Assembly (NCBI GenBank): GCA_003971905.1
Contig: RSEE01000081.1
Coordinates: 248,001-312,000, forward strand
Length of the DNA: 64,000 nt
Reading direction: 5' to 3'
Source of the DNA: Moniliella sp. 'wahieum'
Lineage: Eukaryota
The notes under the pieces are model-generated. The model worked only from the letters and a program-made list of their open reading frames with translations. It did not search any database and was not told the origin of the DNA. Position 1 is the stretch's first letter; every line of letters begins with the position of its first letter. Below, one piece after another: positions 1-12,828 of this stretch. Made by a program: the position numbers and the translations under genes.

Positions 1-1995
1 TGCTACGCCCATCTTCCGATACTCCCGGCCTCTGTACCCTCACACTGCATAAATGGCACATACCTCGAGAGCCCTGAGCCTGTGTTCCCTGTAGATGGCT
101 GAACCTCAGCCCTGACCGTTGTTTTATTGCTACGGCAACTCTTGGGTCATCGGTCATCCTGCATTGGGCTGAGTTCATCGAGTTCACCTCAAATCAGTGC
201 TCATACCGCACCATTGGAAGGGGGCGTAACTTCTTCCCTTGCGTTGCACCCCCACCGGCCTTTTTTCGCCACCAACATCAAAGTCTCTACTTTTTGGCAA
301 ATGGGATACTGTAAAGGATTTGTATACTGTCGAAGTAATAGCGACGAAGAAACTAAAATAGTTGATGTTACGTTACAATGATTATCCGTCTGGCGGTAGA
401 CTCTACAAAAAGTCTGATACCCAGCTCCATCCTAGCTGCATCAACTACATCAACGTCATCAAAGTCAGTGGATGAGTCGCAGAGGGAAGATCGAGATCTT
501 GTGTCGCGCGTCGGCGCGTCAGCGCGTCAGCATCGACCGTCATCGAAATGGTACTGTCACGCTGAGTCTCAGCGCTGGCGCGGCTGATGCATCCACACGC
601 AAGCTCTTTTATATACGCGAGTTAGAAAATGTGCCGAAATAGCCCCTTCCCTCTCTTTATCGATTATCGGATTATCGCTCTGCCACCATCGGCGGCATAA
701 CCAAACGGCCCACACCTCTGTTGGAACTCCGATAACTATCTCCAACAATCCATATTTGATACTCTGGCACACCGGCGACATTCTCTAACTATGGTACACA
801 GTGTGGCGAATCACCTGATCTGGGCGCCTTCGCCCGCGGCAGCGCTACTCCCGCATTGGCTCCGAAAATGGGTGGGGGTTTAAAAAAATGTATAGCGCCG
901 TACGCCAATGAGGGTAGGTATAGGCCGCACCCATTCGCAGACGACCTCAGTTGGATCTCTCACGCAACGGTCCATTGGTCACTCGAAATACCTCGTACGG
1001 TAGGCGACCGTTCACCGTGAACGTTAAACGTTGAACTTCAAGCTTCAACGTTGAACGAGAGGAACACAAATGATAAATGCACAGGCCTGGGCAGCTGGGC
1101 AATTGGGGCCTCAGCCTGAGGCAGCAGAGGGGCTGTGGAGTCGAGAAGGGATCTCCGCAGTGTGCCGGCGCAACGACTTACTCTAAGGAGAGTCCCCCTG
1201 AGCTGGGGTCGCGCTGATAAAGTGCCGATAATGTGTTCTTTTCAGCCGATTTGCCGACAGCTGCTCGCTCCCCTCTCAGTAGGCTTATCTGGGCTTAGCG
1301 TTACAGCGCTGACACACGCGCCCTGGGGATGATACTGGACTCCGCAGTTACACCGCGAGAGCGAGAAGGAACCAAATCGTCTTTGTCGCACTGGATCGTT
1401 GTTTGTAACGCGGTTGTAGGCCGCTGGTGGCGCTGATGGCGTTGATGCAGCAGATGGTACCCACAGAAGAGAGACTCAGTGGCCCACACAAAATCTCTGC
1501 TGAAAAGGCTCAGCGCGCTCGGCCCAAGGTCTATAGGGGGGGGTCTCTCCCTGAGCGCCTGAGAGCCCTGAGGCCTGAGGCCGCCTGAGGCTTATGTGAC
1601 TATTGACTTGGTTATTGCTATCCGCACAGTACAGGGGGCGATGCATGTCCAACCGCCCTGATTCTGTAGCCGACGTAATTTCGTCGCTCTGTTGCAAAAA
1701 CCCGATGCTGCTGTGTGGCTACCGATACACGTGAGATACAGGGGGGAGTCAAGCTATCAAGCTATCAAGGGCTACCATACCTGCTTCTTTGAATGACAAG
1801 TGACAGGCGCAGGACTAATCATACACTACATACGCCCACTGCAGTGTTTAGGGGCTGTGGGGGCAATATAACCCCCAGCCTGTGGCGACACAATGGGGAT
1901 GGAGGTACTTCCCGCCGAATTGAGCTGCCCTATCCGTCCGCACCCACCCACCCACCACCACTTGCTCTTTTTCACCATCAAATCACTGCAGCCTC

Positions 1996-3707
1996 ATGTC
2001 TGCATCCACGATCGAAGAGGCCAAACCCCTTTCCCTCAGCAAGTTGGAGAAGGAGGATGAAAAGCAATATGAGGGTGAGGGGAGCGGGCCCCAAGTGGCG
2101 GTGTACGAGATTGAGCATCCTACTCACGAAGGGGACGCGGATGAGCTGGGAGGTGAAAAAACAGAGCTGCGCCGCATGAATTGGAAAGAAGGGCGGGTGG
2201 TTGCTGCAAAGCCCAGATCGGAAGTACGTCTTCCCCTCCCCCATTTTTCACCCTTTCTCTCGCCATATTCGTTCTGCTCTGTGGAGCGCGGGAGAGACTG
2301 ACTGACAGTTGTACTGTGTCTTGTTGGTGTAGTTGGAATCCTAGGTATCCCCGCCACGTTTGGTACGTTGGGGTTTGTGCCGGGCCTGATCTCCCTGCTT
2401 CTCTTGTGCGCCATCACGACACTCTCGTCGTGGTACATTGCCAAGATTCGGATGCGGTATCCGCACATTCATTCTGTCGGCGACTTTGGGCAGATGATCG
2501 GGGGTCGTGTGGGGGAGAAGGTTTGGCTGGAGTACTGCATCGTCTTTATCCTCTTTGCTGGTTCGGCAATCGAGTAAGTCGCCTTTCCTCTCTCCACTGT
2601 TTGGCACTCTATTTCTAAGTTGGCCACATGCAAACGAACATCGATCAGATACCCTCTGACACAAAGCATTGTTTGGCAGGACCTTGACAATCGCGTTTAA
2701 TGCGATCACGCTCCATGGGCTATGTACGATAGCCTTTGCCGGCATAGTAACGGTTTCTCTGATTGTCGGCTCGATTCTGCACGAGATGGAGCGAGTTGCG
2801 ATCCTGTCGTATGTTGGCTTGACTTGTGTGATCGTATCGGTGTGGGTGCAGACGATCGCGCTGCTGGTCAAGGGCAAGGGGGAAAGTCGGCCTGCCGGAG
2901 CGGGAACGAGGTGGAGGCAGCGGTACGCTATCCTCTCTACAAGGCGATGAACGCCGTGTCGACGCAACTGTTTGCGTTGATGGGCACACCAGGTTTCTTC
3001 TCCATCTCGGCCGAGATGGAAAAGCCGTCGGATTTTCTCAAGTCAGTATGTCGGCCAAGGCTTTGTGTGCAGCACCTATGTTGTGATTGCCTGTCTGGTC
3101 TATGGGGGGCAGGCAAGTGGCTTCTTCCCCGTTCTCGCCACGGCAGGGCCGACCCTCAAAATTGTGGTTTATGGCATTGCCTTGTTTGGCTTTGTTTGTC
3201 AGTGCCCTCCTCCTCTCCCACATTGGGGCCAAGTACATCTTCGTTCGTGCGCGAGCGGGACACGGCATCTCAACCACGCTACCCGGTACATTGGCTGGTC
3301 TGGTCAGGCTCCTTTTGCACCGTGCTGGTGATCGGGTTTGTGCTAGCATGCGCGGTGCCTGTGTTTGATGACTTGCTCTCCCTCATTGGCGCGTTGACGG
3401 GGGGGGGGGGTTCCTGGTGGTTGGCTTGACAGGCCTGATGGGCTTGTACATGCTTTCGCTGGAGTTTGAACATCCCAATATGGGTACGGTGGTTTCGCCC
3501 TGCGGGAAAACCTGGATTCAACGCGCTTGGAACCGCGCGTTCCACGACGGATCCAAAAAGGACAAGTTAATTTTTGCGTCAGCGTCGCGCTCGTGGGAGC
3601 AGGGTGCTTTGTGACTGGGTGCGGGACGTATGCGGCGGGCGGTGGCAATGGCCAAAGACTCATCTACCTCTGGCCAACCCTTCTCGTGCAGGGACAACAG
3701 CGTTTGA
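1996..3707 (+). CDS. Neutral amino-acid permease, Mtr-like (Aa_trans/AAAP family); 2 introns (~2224-2330, ~2574-2679); several frameshifts
   Basis: Joined ORF pieces give RRMNWK..., LGILGIPATFGTLGFVPG, YPHIHSV.D.G, GTPGFFSISAEMEKP.DF, FVLACAVPVFDDLLSLIGAL and a C-terminal PFSCRDNSV*. GTACGT/GTAAGT donors, CTGAC branch sites and YAG acceptors are present. Confidence 0.85.
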
Positions 3708-4948
3708 ACACCTCGTTCCCCTTTCGTCGTTTGGTTCGAGAAGGGCAGGGGAGCGCTTGAACTTCCTTCCTTAATTCGATCCTGTGTGTGTGAATAACAA
3801 TACTCTGGCAAAAGGACCCAGCAAAGAAGACCAAGACTTGGAGAGTTGCTGCCACTTTGCTTCAACTCCCCCGCCACTACTAATACAATGATATCTGGGT
3901 TCCATCGCAGTCTCCGCACAGTGACAAAAGTACTGTGCAAAATAGATTGGAATATATAGGGGGAAGCTTGGCTCCAAAGTTTGGCTCTAAAAGCTTGTGT
4001 GGTTGCACCGCTCACACATTGCACGCTTCCATTGATGCACATCAACGTCTTTGGTCCATCCAGCACTCCCCAAACCACATTTTCTGTACTTCTCTCTTCT
4101 CTGAGGGCGCCATGATACTTAGTACCTACTACCCTGAGGCCTCACCCTGAGGCCTGATGCACCTGATGCACGAAGATGTTTCTATTTTTGCCATAGCTCC
4201 ATCTGTTCCACTTCTTTGTGATCCATCTCATGCATCACAGCCATTTTCATGCCGAGAGATCGGAATAGGTACCTACCTAGAGTCAACAGCCGCCCAGAAT
4301 CCACAACAGCGGTTAGACAGGACTCAGGTCTCAGTATAGATTGAGAAGGTCCGGACGGAGTGTGCTGCACCGCCGGGCACATTCCTCTCATTTCTTCATT
4401 GGGGTCAATAATGATTAAATGATTAGGGGGTCGCGGGTATCATCGACATATCAGCCCGATTACCGGTTACACCCCGGCCTAAACGTAAACGTGCACTATA
4501 CTGCACACCCCAAAAGCCTATGACGCGTACAGTATGACGCACCTAGAGTAACCAAGGCTGGCGGTCTCGCCACTAATTCTCCAGTGGTGGAACTATACGC
4601 GGAACGGACGCTAAAAAGGGCATGAGAGGCATACCATTGTGGCTTGGGAGGTTGACAATACAAATAGGAGCCTGATCGGGGGCCTGAGGCAGGGAGAAGA
4701 ACGGGGTTGCCGAATGAAAATGGGGACGTATAGGCCGTGGGCCATGGATCGTGGGTGGTGGGTCGTGGGTCCTGGGGTCGTGGACCCATCGGACAAAAAG
4801 GGAAAAGATGTAACTGACGTTGTGCAAAACGCAAAACACACACACACAACACACAGCACCGCTACTGGGGCCCAAGATGAGGCAGAGGGGGGAGGTGAAA
4901 GAGTGGGATCAGGGTGAGACCCACGCTTTTTCTTGATACTCAAGCGTC

Positions 4949-7900
4949 TCAGTCGAGCCCCAAATCCACTTCCCTCCGCTTCTCCCCGTCGTCGTGAGCA
5001 TGATGCGACCCACCCGGAACGGCGCCGCTCGTACCAGCCACCGAACTCGAGGTCGAGGTCGAGGTGCCCGTCCCCTTATCCCGACTGTGACTGTGACTGT
5101 GGGTGTGGTGTGACTGGGACTGGGACTGATGGGCACAGCCTTGGTCTCACGGGTAGGGAAAGACATGCGAGCGGAAGTGGGGGAAGGTTTGGTGGTGGGA
5201 GCCGGAGCGGGCGCGGGGACCAAATTGGGCTTGGTTGGCGTCGGGTCGGCCAAGGAGGCTGATGGGAAGTGAGGATGAGTGGATGGGTGGGTCGTAGTGG
5301 AGGAGGGTGAGGCGGAGGAAGAGGAGGGGAGGGCGGGACCGCCATGGCGCTCCATCGATGCCCTCTTGGTCTTGGGAGCTGGGGCGGGATGAGTGTGAGT
5401 GGCATCCTTAGGAAGCAGAGACGGAAGCGGAGGCGGCGGCGCATCCGTACTGGAACTCGTCTTTTTGTGGAACAGGTTCGACGCGCGGCGGGAGAGGGAC
5501 TGACGACGCTTAGTAGGCGCAGCAGGTTTCTCTTCCTCGGTAGCCGCTAACTTGTTCTCGGCTTCGTGAGGTGCAGGCTAAAGAACTTCGAAGAGCGGGA
5601 ACGAAGCGGCGAAGGAGTGGCGGTACTACCCGCGTGCGCGTCCGATCCCACACGGTTGTGAATGGGAGAGGGTGTGGTACGAGGGGAAGAAACAGGAGGG
5701 GGCATGGAAAGACGATTGCCTTTGCCTACTGATCCTGGTGTCCGCTCAGGCGGGGGCATGGAAACACGTGCCTTGCGCTTCGACAAGTCTGCTTCCTCAC
5801 GCGACGCACGGGGATCTTGGATGCCGGCGAGAGCGAGGACGAGGGCGAGGGCGAAGGCGAGGGCTCCCAGCGTTTCGTGTACGAATCGTGTTCAGCACTC
5901 CGGCGGGGATTGGGAGGCGTGGTAGGGATTCTGCTTGGCATGGCAGCTCGCTTCCCCGTCTCAGTCCCAGCCGCGGGGACGGCAAGGTGATCCTCCGCAC
6001 TTGGAGAGAAGGGAGAGTACTTTCGCCGGGGGTAGACGGTACCGCAGGAAGCTCCTTTGCAGTACAGAGTCAACCGTTGGAGCGCGCTGAGAGTCACCAG
6101 CCAAAGACGCAGGAGTAAGCCGCTCAGCGGCAGGTTGAATGGAAGGCGAGGCAGTAGGAGGGGTGGTGTACCCGGTGCTCGTGGCGACGGAGATGATCGA
6201 CTGAGCTTCCGATGCGTCAAAAGGATCCGTTGTGGTTTGACGGAAGAGCGGATACCTGCCGCTGTGGTAAAGCTCCCGCGGACGAGGGAGACGAAGGAGA
6301 CGAAGGTACATCCTTAGTAGCGATGGGGGTCAAGCTAGGCTCTTGTTCAACGCCAGAGAGATCACTTGCCTTATGATCAGGTTCACCGATTTCCAAGGCC
6401 GGTGCAGGTGTAGTTTCCACGGGCCCTTGGACTTCCAAATCAGGCGTCAAGACCTGTGCGGAAGTCGGTACATGTAGGGATGTGGGCGTATCCGGATGAG
6501 AGGCCACGTTGTCAACGAAAATACCAGTTTGGGTGCTTGTCTGTTGTCCATGGGCTCGAGTCGGTAGTCTAGTTTTAGGAACGATTGGGTCAAGGTCACT
6601 CAAAGTAACGGCCGGCACCTCCGGGGTCTCGATCTTTTCCTGAATATGACTCTGGCTGTCCTCCTTGGGAAGTTCGGGTGCAGACTGGGTAGGCGGCTGG
6701 GAATCCTCCTTGGGTAGTTCCGCTGCAGACTCAACGGGCGTCTGGATTTCGTCCTTGGGGATTTTGTGGGTTTCGTGGGTCTCGGGGATCTCGGGGATCT
6801 CAGGTGTGTGGACTGAACAGGCGATTGGGCTTCCTTCGTGGGGGGCTCTACGCTGGGCAGGGCATGAACCTCATCAGCCTCCTTATGAACATCATGTTGA
6901 GTAGGCTGAATGGGAGCGTGGGAATCCTCCTTGGGCTCGGGCGTCTGGATGGAAGCCTGGATATCCTTCTTGGGCTCGGTCGTGGGCTGCAGTGGGGCAG
7001 GTGCGAGAGCAACATGATCCGTAAGAGGAGACGACTCGTGAGTTCGAAGTGAATCCTTGTGTTCCAGGGAAGGAAGCGCCCCGTTCTTCACTCCGGGACT
7101 CGTTTGCGGCGAAGCGGAGGTGGAGGAAGCAATGTGTTGGTATGTGTAGGTGTGCTTGCCAGCGTGGTACACATCATCCGTTTTGTTTACCCCCTTCTTG
7201 TTCTTTTCGCTGAGTGCCTCCTTGGGTAGGTGCTCCGTCTTTGGCGAAGGCTGGGAAGTCTTACTGGAAAGAGAGCTGCTGCCGGTGAGAGAACGTGCCC
7301 TGCCACCCGGAGGCACGGGCGGGGAGGGGGCCAAGAAGGCGGGGCCTGGGTCACTGCGCCCGAAGTAGCCGATCCGAAAGGCGTAGCAGGTGAGGTAGGG
7401 GTTGCCATCAAGATCTTTGTACTCTTCCTCCGCGCGTGACCAGGGGCGTGCTTGGTGTCATTCACCTCGGGTGACTTGGCTTCGACTGGCGGAACGATGC
7501 TCTCCTTGTCCAGCACGTTGGGTTCCGGTTGAATGATTTGCGGTGCCGTTTTGACTTGTAGGGGCAGCGGTTCCAAATTGATCGAAGGGGAAAGAGGCTT
7601 CACTGGTTTTTCCTCCACCAGGGCATCCTCCTCAGATGGATTTTCCTCTTGCACGGGGACAGCAGCAACCTTCTCGTCAGGATGGGGCACTTGTGCTACC
7701 GATCCGGCCAATTTCTCTTCCGAGTCCGAGTTGGGAAACGAAGGAGAAAATTCGGAGGCGAGAGTGGCAGCTTTGGGTTCCTCCTCGGGGCAGGGGGGTT
7801 TTGATCGTCCGACGCGGGTTCCGGGGGCACATCTTGAACATCGGACGTGGTCTCAGCTTGCACCTCAGGTTTCAACGCCGGTTGCTTTGAGACTTGGGCC

Positions 7901-8408
7901 GCTTGAATACCCCGCGGTGACTCGGGTGTTGCCGCGGGTTGGGGGAGTTGCGTTGTGGGCTGCGGTTGATGGGGCTTACTCTCTACAGCGGACGGGCGAT
8001 GTTTAGGAACGACAGCAGGGATGACATGGGTGGGTTCAAACCGTTTGGCGGTAAGCGTGAATTCGGGTTCTGGATAGGGTCAGGGCTGGTCAGTGACGAA
8101 CCGGGCACAAAGAGTGAAAACGTACTCGTTGGCGGGGGGATCGCGGGTAACTCTGCATCTGTAACGGGAGCGGCAGGGGCGTGGTTGACAGGCTCTTGCT
8201 CGTCCTGGTGCTTTGTCTCTGGGGTTGAATCGGTCTCGGGCGCAAGCTTAAGGAAAGCACTGCGCTTGCGGGGCTTGCCTTGTTGCTCATCGGACTTCTT
8301 GGGGGCCGGGGGCAAGCGGGAGGTGCGCCAGAGGGCATAGCCCACAGCCAGGGTGGAGACCCCGGCAACGAGGGTGAAGGCGAGCAGCGGCTTGTCCTGG
8401 ACCAGCAT
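4949..8408 (-). CDS. Large Pro/Ser/Thr/Glu-rich low-complexity protein with N-terminal membrane anchor; frameshifted, 3' end uncertain
   Basis: Chain of overlapping minus-strand ORFs (7983-8489, 7187-7711, 6600-7334, 6217-6618, 5547-5786). ATG at 8408 is followed by hydrophobic LLAFTLVAGVSTLAVGYALW and then basic residues. No family recognised. Confidence 0.5.
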
Positions 8409-9597
8409 TGTGGGCAAGGAGGGGGGGGGTGGTGGATGGGAGGGACGGGGGGGGGTGAAGGGCAGGGCGGGGTGGGTGCAGGTGTCCACGTGCGGAGGGT
8501 GACGGAGAGGAGGGGCGTGGGGCCAGCTGGGCGCTGTGCTCAGCGTTGGTCAGCGCACCCGACCGGCGGCAAGGCAGGCACAGGTAGCACAGGTAAGCAC
8601 CCGCACGCGGTGCTTCCGAAAAACGCTAATTGGACTCCTGGCCGCAGCCAGGGTCCCTGCCGGCGGATTGGATGCGCCCACAAGTCAGCCCATCGGCGCC
8701 ACACGGGTTACGTCATCATAGGTCACGCCTGCCGGCACGCACCAGCACGCACTGGCAGCCATGTGCCCTGCCGTCCGCTCGACGCAGGGGTGGTGCCACA
8801 CTCTGCCCACCGGCCCAGCGCCCCTCCGGCCCCACCCGAGGTGGGCCCACTCCAAATGTGGGGCCCCGCCCTTGCAGCTGCATCTGCATCAGCTTGATCC
8901 ACCCGACGCACGTGACATGCGACGCACACCGCACGTGTAAGCATTAATTGCCTCCCATCCGCAGCCACCCGCAGCAGAAGAGAGCCACCCACAGCCATCT
9001 ACCATTCACAAGTGCTCAGCCAGTGGGGACTGCGAAATCATTAATCACGTCTGTGCCCGCAACGTACAGCTAGCTCTTCTTCGGGCTCTTCTCACGTCTC
9101 GGTCGATCGATGTAGCTGGCGCATGATTCGTTTTGATACCATCTCTTCCCCGTTGGTCATTATACATTGCCATCCCTTTGAAGGCATTCCACAGACACCC
9201 CAGCGTCTCATTGTGCACTTGACAGCGATGTGCTGGTGCGTGGGAATACCCGCACCAAAGCCTCCCCATCTCACGCGCGACGCAATGTTCTCCTATAATA
9301 CTCATCAACACTGGGAGGGGCTCAGTGTAAGTCCACATGCTGATAGAGACAAACGCTGCCTTCGTTTTCTAGTCCGTATCATCTGCGTTAATTAAAAAGA
9401 AAGAGTCCTGTTTTGGCTCTGTAAGCAAAAAGAAATGCTTGGGACTCACAAAGACCATGCATGTCATAGACAATACGTATACGCCTGTTGCCACTCGTCC
9501 CTTGCCCGTGGTGGCGACGACTGGGGCAAAGTACTACTCGAGTCGTCCACAGATATGCACCTCTGCATAGAAGTTGGCCCGCGTGTAGGAGGATCTG

Positions 9598-11340
9598 AAT
9601 CAAACCCGCCCGGAGAACAGAGGGTGTGAAGAGGGATGCGACAATCAACAGCACCAGTGTCGGAAACAGAGCCGGGCCAGGTCCCACCACCATCTGCCTT
9701 GCTCCACTACTTGCCGCAGCCAGTTGACCCGGTGCGACGGGAGTCACCTCAATCAACGTGGACGTGCCCGATGGCCCAGCCGCCGTGGTTGCAGCAGCCG
9801 GGACAAGGATGATTGTTTGGGTCAACTCTGAGGTGGTCAATGAGCCTTGGTCCTGTACAGATAGGGAAATAGAAAAAAAGTATCATAGCCGTCAGTAAAG
9901 TTGCGCGGGCGCACTGGGTGAAAAGTGCAATGATGGTATTATGGACAAACGGACGGGGACTAAAAGGACAAGGAGAAAGAGAAAGAAAGAAAAGACGTAC
10001 GTTGGGCCCACAGCCGCTCCTGACTCCAAAACGGTACGGGTGGCGGTCAAGTCTTGCACAGCGACGATGGTTGCTGTAGTTGGGATGGCAGCAACGATGG
10101 CCGAGGCCGAGCCAGGGGCAGTAACGGTGGAAGTGGACGTGGACGTGAAGGTAAGTAGATGAGATTCTCCGTTCTCGGACTGAGTGGTGAAGATGGTCTG
10201 CACTGCCTCCGTCACCGACTCGGAGGGCAAAGCGATGGATACCAGTACCGCACCTGATGTGGGTGACGGCATAGAGAACTTGGACAGAGAGGAGTGGGGA
10301 GAAGAATTGGACGAGGCGGAGCGGGAAGAACTTGACGGAGTGGAGGCGGAAGAGAAAGAGTTCATAGAAGGAGATGGACTCGTGGAGGAAACCGAAACCG
10401 CGGTGGACGTAACGGCGCCTGAATGGGTAGTGTAGTGATCAGAAGTAGACGTGAATGAGATGGGGGCGCTACTGGACGTGAAGGGCGCTGAACTGGATGA
10501 GTTGTCAATGGGAGAAGCCAGGCTCGTTGTCGCAGTGGAAGTAGATGCGGCTGATGACGATGTTTTTGCGGAAGAGGCGTCTGAGATGGCCGTTGAGGCA
10601 GAAGCAAACGAGGAAGAGGAAGGTTCCGAAGACGTCAATGCCAGGGAGCTCGTATCAACCAACGAGGTCATTTCGGATAACGTGCTGGTTGCGGGGACAG
10701 TCGAGGGCAAGGGTTCATCGCTACTGGTTTGCTCTATCGAGGTAGTCGGCATATGCGTGCTGCTTGCCCCAGCAACGGTACTTGGGACAGCGGTGCTAGA
10801 CATGACAGTCGAGGCAACTGTAGGACAGATGAGAACAATTAGAACGGAAAACCTCGTAACGTTACATAGTCAACTCCATCAGCTGCAGCATGACCCTCAT
10901 ATTAGGTGCACAGGTCGTTGTTTGGGAGACTTCCCAAAGCATATAGGGGGCGGGTTGGGGAGCGTACCTGTATAAGCCGAGGATGTTGGGGATACCGCTG
11001 TTGTCGATGTCGATGGGGCAGAAGTAGAAGAAGCGTCAGAAGGTGTTGATTGTTCAAGGCTGCTGCTGCCACTGCTGTGGAAGGGAATGGCGCCACTAGC
11101 GGAAGAGTCGGGAAGAAATGGCTGATGGCAGAGCACCGCTTGAGGTAGGCGAGGGCAGTAGGGATGAGTCAATCGCCTGGGATGCCGTGTCAAGTGGCGG
11201 GGCGGACGTGCTGGACATTTAGCTTTTTGGGGTGGTGGCGCAACCAGAGGAGGGGCATAAACGACCCCCTCTGGATAGCCAGACTTATATATTCCCTGTA
11301 CAGTAGCTAATATAAAGAGGCTTGTGTATATAGCCACCGG
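9598..11340 (-). CDS. Ser/Thr-rich secreted, probably GPI-anchored cell-surface protein; introns ~10818-10967 and ~9853-10000; start codon unclear
   Basis: N-terminal hydrophobic AIYTSLFILATVQG, a long Ser/Thr-rich tract (ORF 9892-10803), and C-terminal small residues (AAASSGA) followed by hydrophobic LFPTLVLLIVASLF. GTACGC/GTACGT donors and CAG acceptors. Confidence 0.65.
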
Positions 11341-11960
11341 AAGATATGGTGGCGTATAGTGAGTGGTAACGCAGCGTGTTAGAGTGTGCCCGCCCGCCGC
11401 ACCCGCACCGCGCCAGTGCCTTCAGTGCCCGCCCGAGTGGGTCTGGCCGCCGGAACCAGGCCAGACCTCTGGCTCTCAGAACTCAGTCAAGTGGCCAGGG
11501 GCGGTTGCTGCGCAGTGGATTCATTAATCATTGTCCCTTAGTCGTACATGACAAGCTTCGCCTAGAATAACCTGCCACACACCATACCCGCTATTAGCCA
11601 CGCCCAGACCACGCTCAAGCAGAGACAGATTTCGTTAGTATATGTTATCTCTTCCCACGTAGTAAGCAGGCATACCCAACTATAGATCCCATCCCGCATT
11701 GCCCACGCCGGCACACGCCAAATTCCGACCCAGAATAAGACAGCCTGCACCACCTGCTTTGTGAGTCATGCATCAGGAGCGACCACAGCAGTGGCATCAA
11801 CCCAAAATATGGCGATGCAGATGTAGTGTGGGGAGATCTCGCACCAATCCAGCTTGCCTCCGTTCGTTCAAAACAACGAGAAAGGTCAGTAACAAGGAAC
11901 AAAGCATGTGGGGGACACGATTTGCAGTGGTCGCGGGAGAGGCGGTGCATGAGAAGCGAA

Positions 11961-12117
11961 CACCCTCAATCTCAATGCTAACGTCCAGGGGAAGACGGGG
12001 GCAACCTCAACGGCGGAGCGGGCAGGCTTGTGGCCTTCAAAAGCCTATAGGTAGCAGGAAAGACAACAGTTAGCAAGAGGAAGGGGACTAGGGAGAGAGA
12101 GCCACTCGACGACTTAC
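11961..12117 (-). pseudogene. Remnant of RidA paralogue (last exon plus preceding intron; exon 1 missing)
   Basis: Close match to 19165-19275 (encodes AFEGHKPARSAVEVA...LDVSIEIE). Intron signals GTAAGT (12117), GCTAAC and TAG (12045-47) are retained, but there is no exon 1 upstream. Confidence 0.75.
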
Positions 12118-12120
12118 CCA

Positions 12121-12713
12121 TGAGATGCTTCGGATATCATCCGCGGCCCGCCATGGTCGCATGGGCACATCTGTACAATGTTTTGCGCACATTGCACCCA
12201 GTCTTGGCAGAACCCTTCCTGCTGCGCCCGACACGCAGGGTCAGCGCCTTTGAGAGCATAGGCCGTGCATTAGTCTTTACCTCTCTGGAAAGTGCATCGC
12301 ATTCTGTTTATACCTGTCATGAGGCATTTGAGGCCTGCTTCCTTCTGTTGTATATAAGCAGCCATGTCTAAGGCTTGCTAGTATAACTGTGGTCATTGTC
12401 GACCAGCCTGTCTTTGGTCTCCCGACTACCCGTTCCTCTCTCGCCCTTTTACCTTTTCTAAGTACCACCTTTACGCTTACGAATGTACGACTTTTACGTC
12501 GAGTACGCTGCAAGCCGCGCGTGACTCTGATCAGTACTGGCATTAGTAACGCTTGCTCGTCTTTAGGACGCTGTCTGTTCCCGGCTACTATACAGAGTAC
12601 CGAGTGTAATAGTAACGCTGATGTGAGGAACAGAGTACGGTGCTCCTGGACCCCTTCAACTGGTCTGACGACCTACGTACGCGCTCCTACCTCGGAGGGT
12701 CTGGGACCTGTTA
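12121..12713 (+). mobile_element. LTR-like dispersed repeat, inverted diverged copy of ~17483-18120
   Basis: Reverse complement aligns by eye with 17580-18120 (e.g. ACCTACGTACGCG..CTCCTAC; TATATAAGCAGCC). TATA box at 12351 is followed by a pyrimidine tract. No target-site duplication seen, so the LTR call is an inference. Confidence 0.55.
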
Positions 12714-12828
12714 GTACTAGGTTCGATAGCATCATCATGTAGTGAGGGTATAGACATTCAGACAAGAACGCGGGCATGCAAGATAAAGCAGCGATCCCAC
12801 TGTTGCATGATGTGCCTGCAACGCCCTG

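Noticed and set aside
1..800. Short ORFs at the window start
   Set aside because: No recognisable product.
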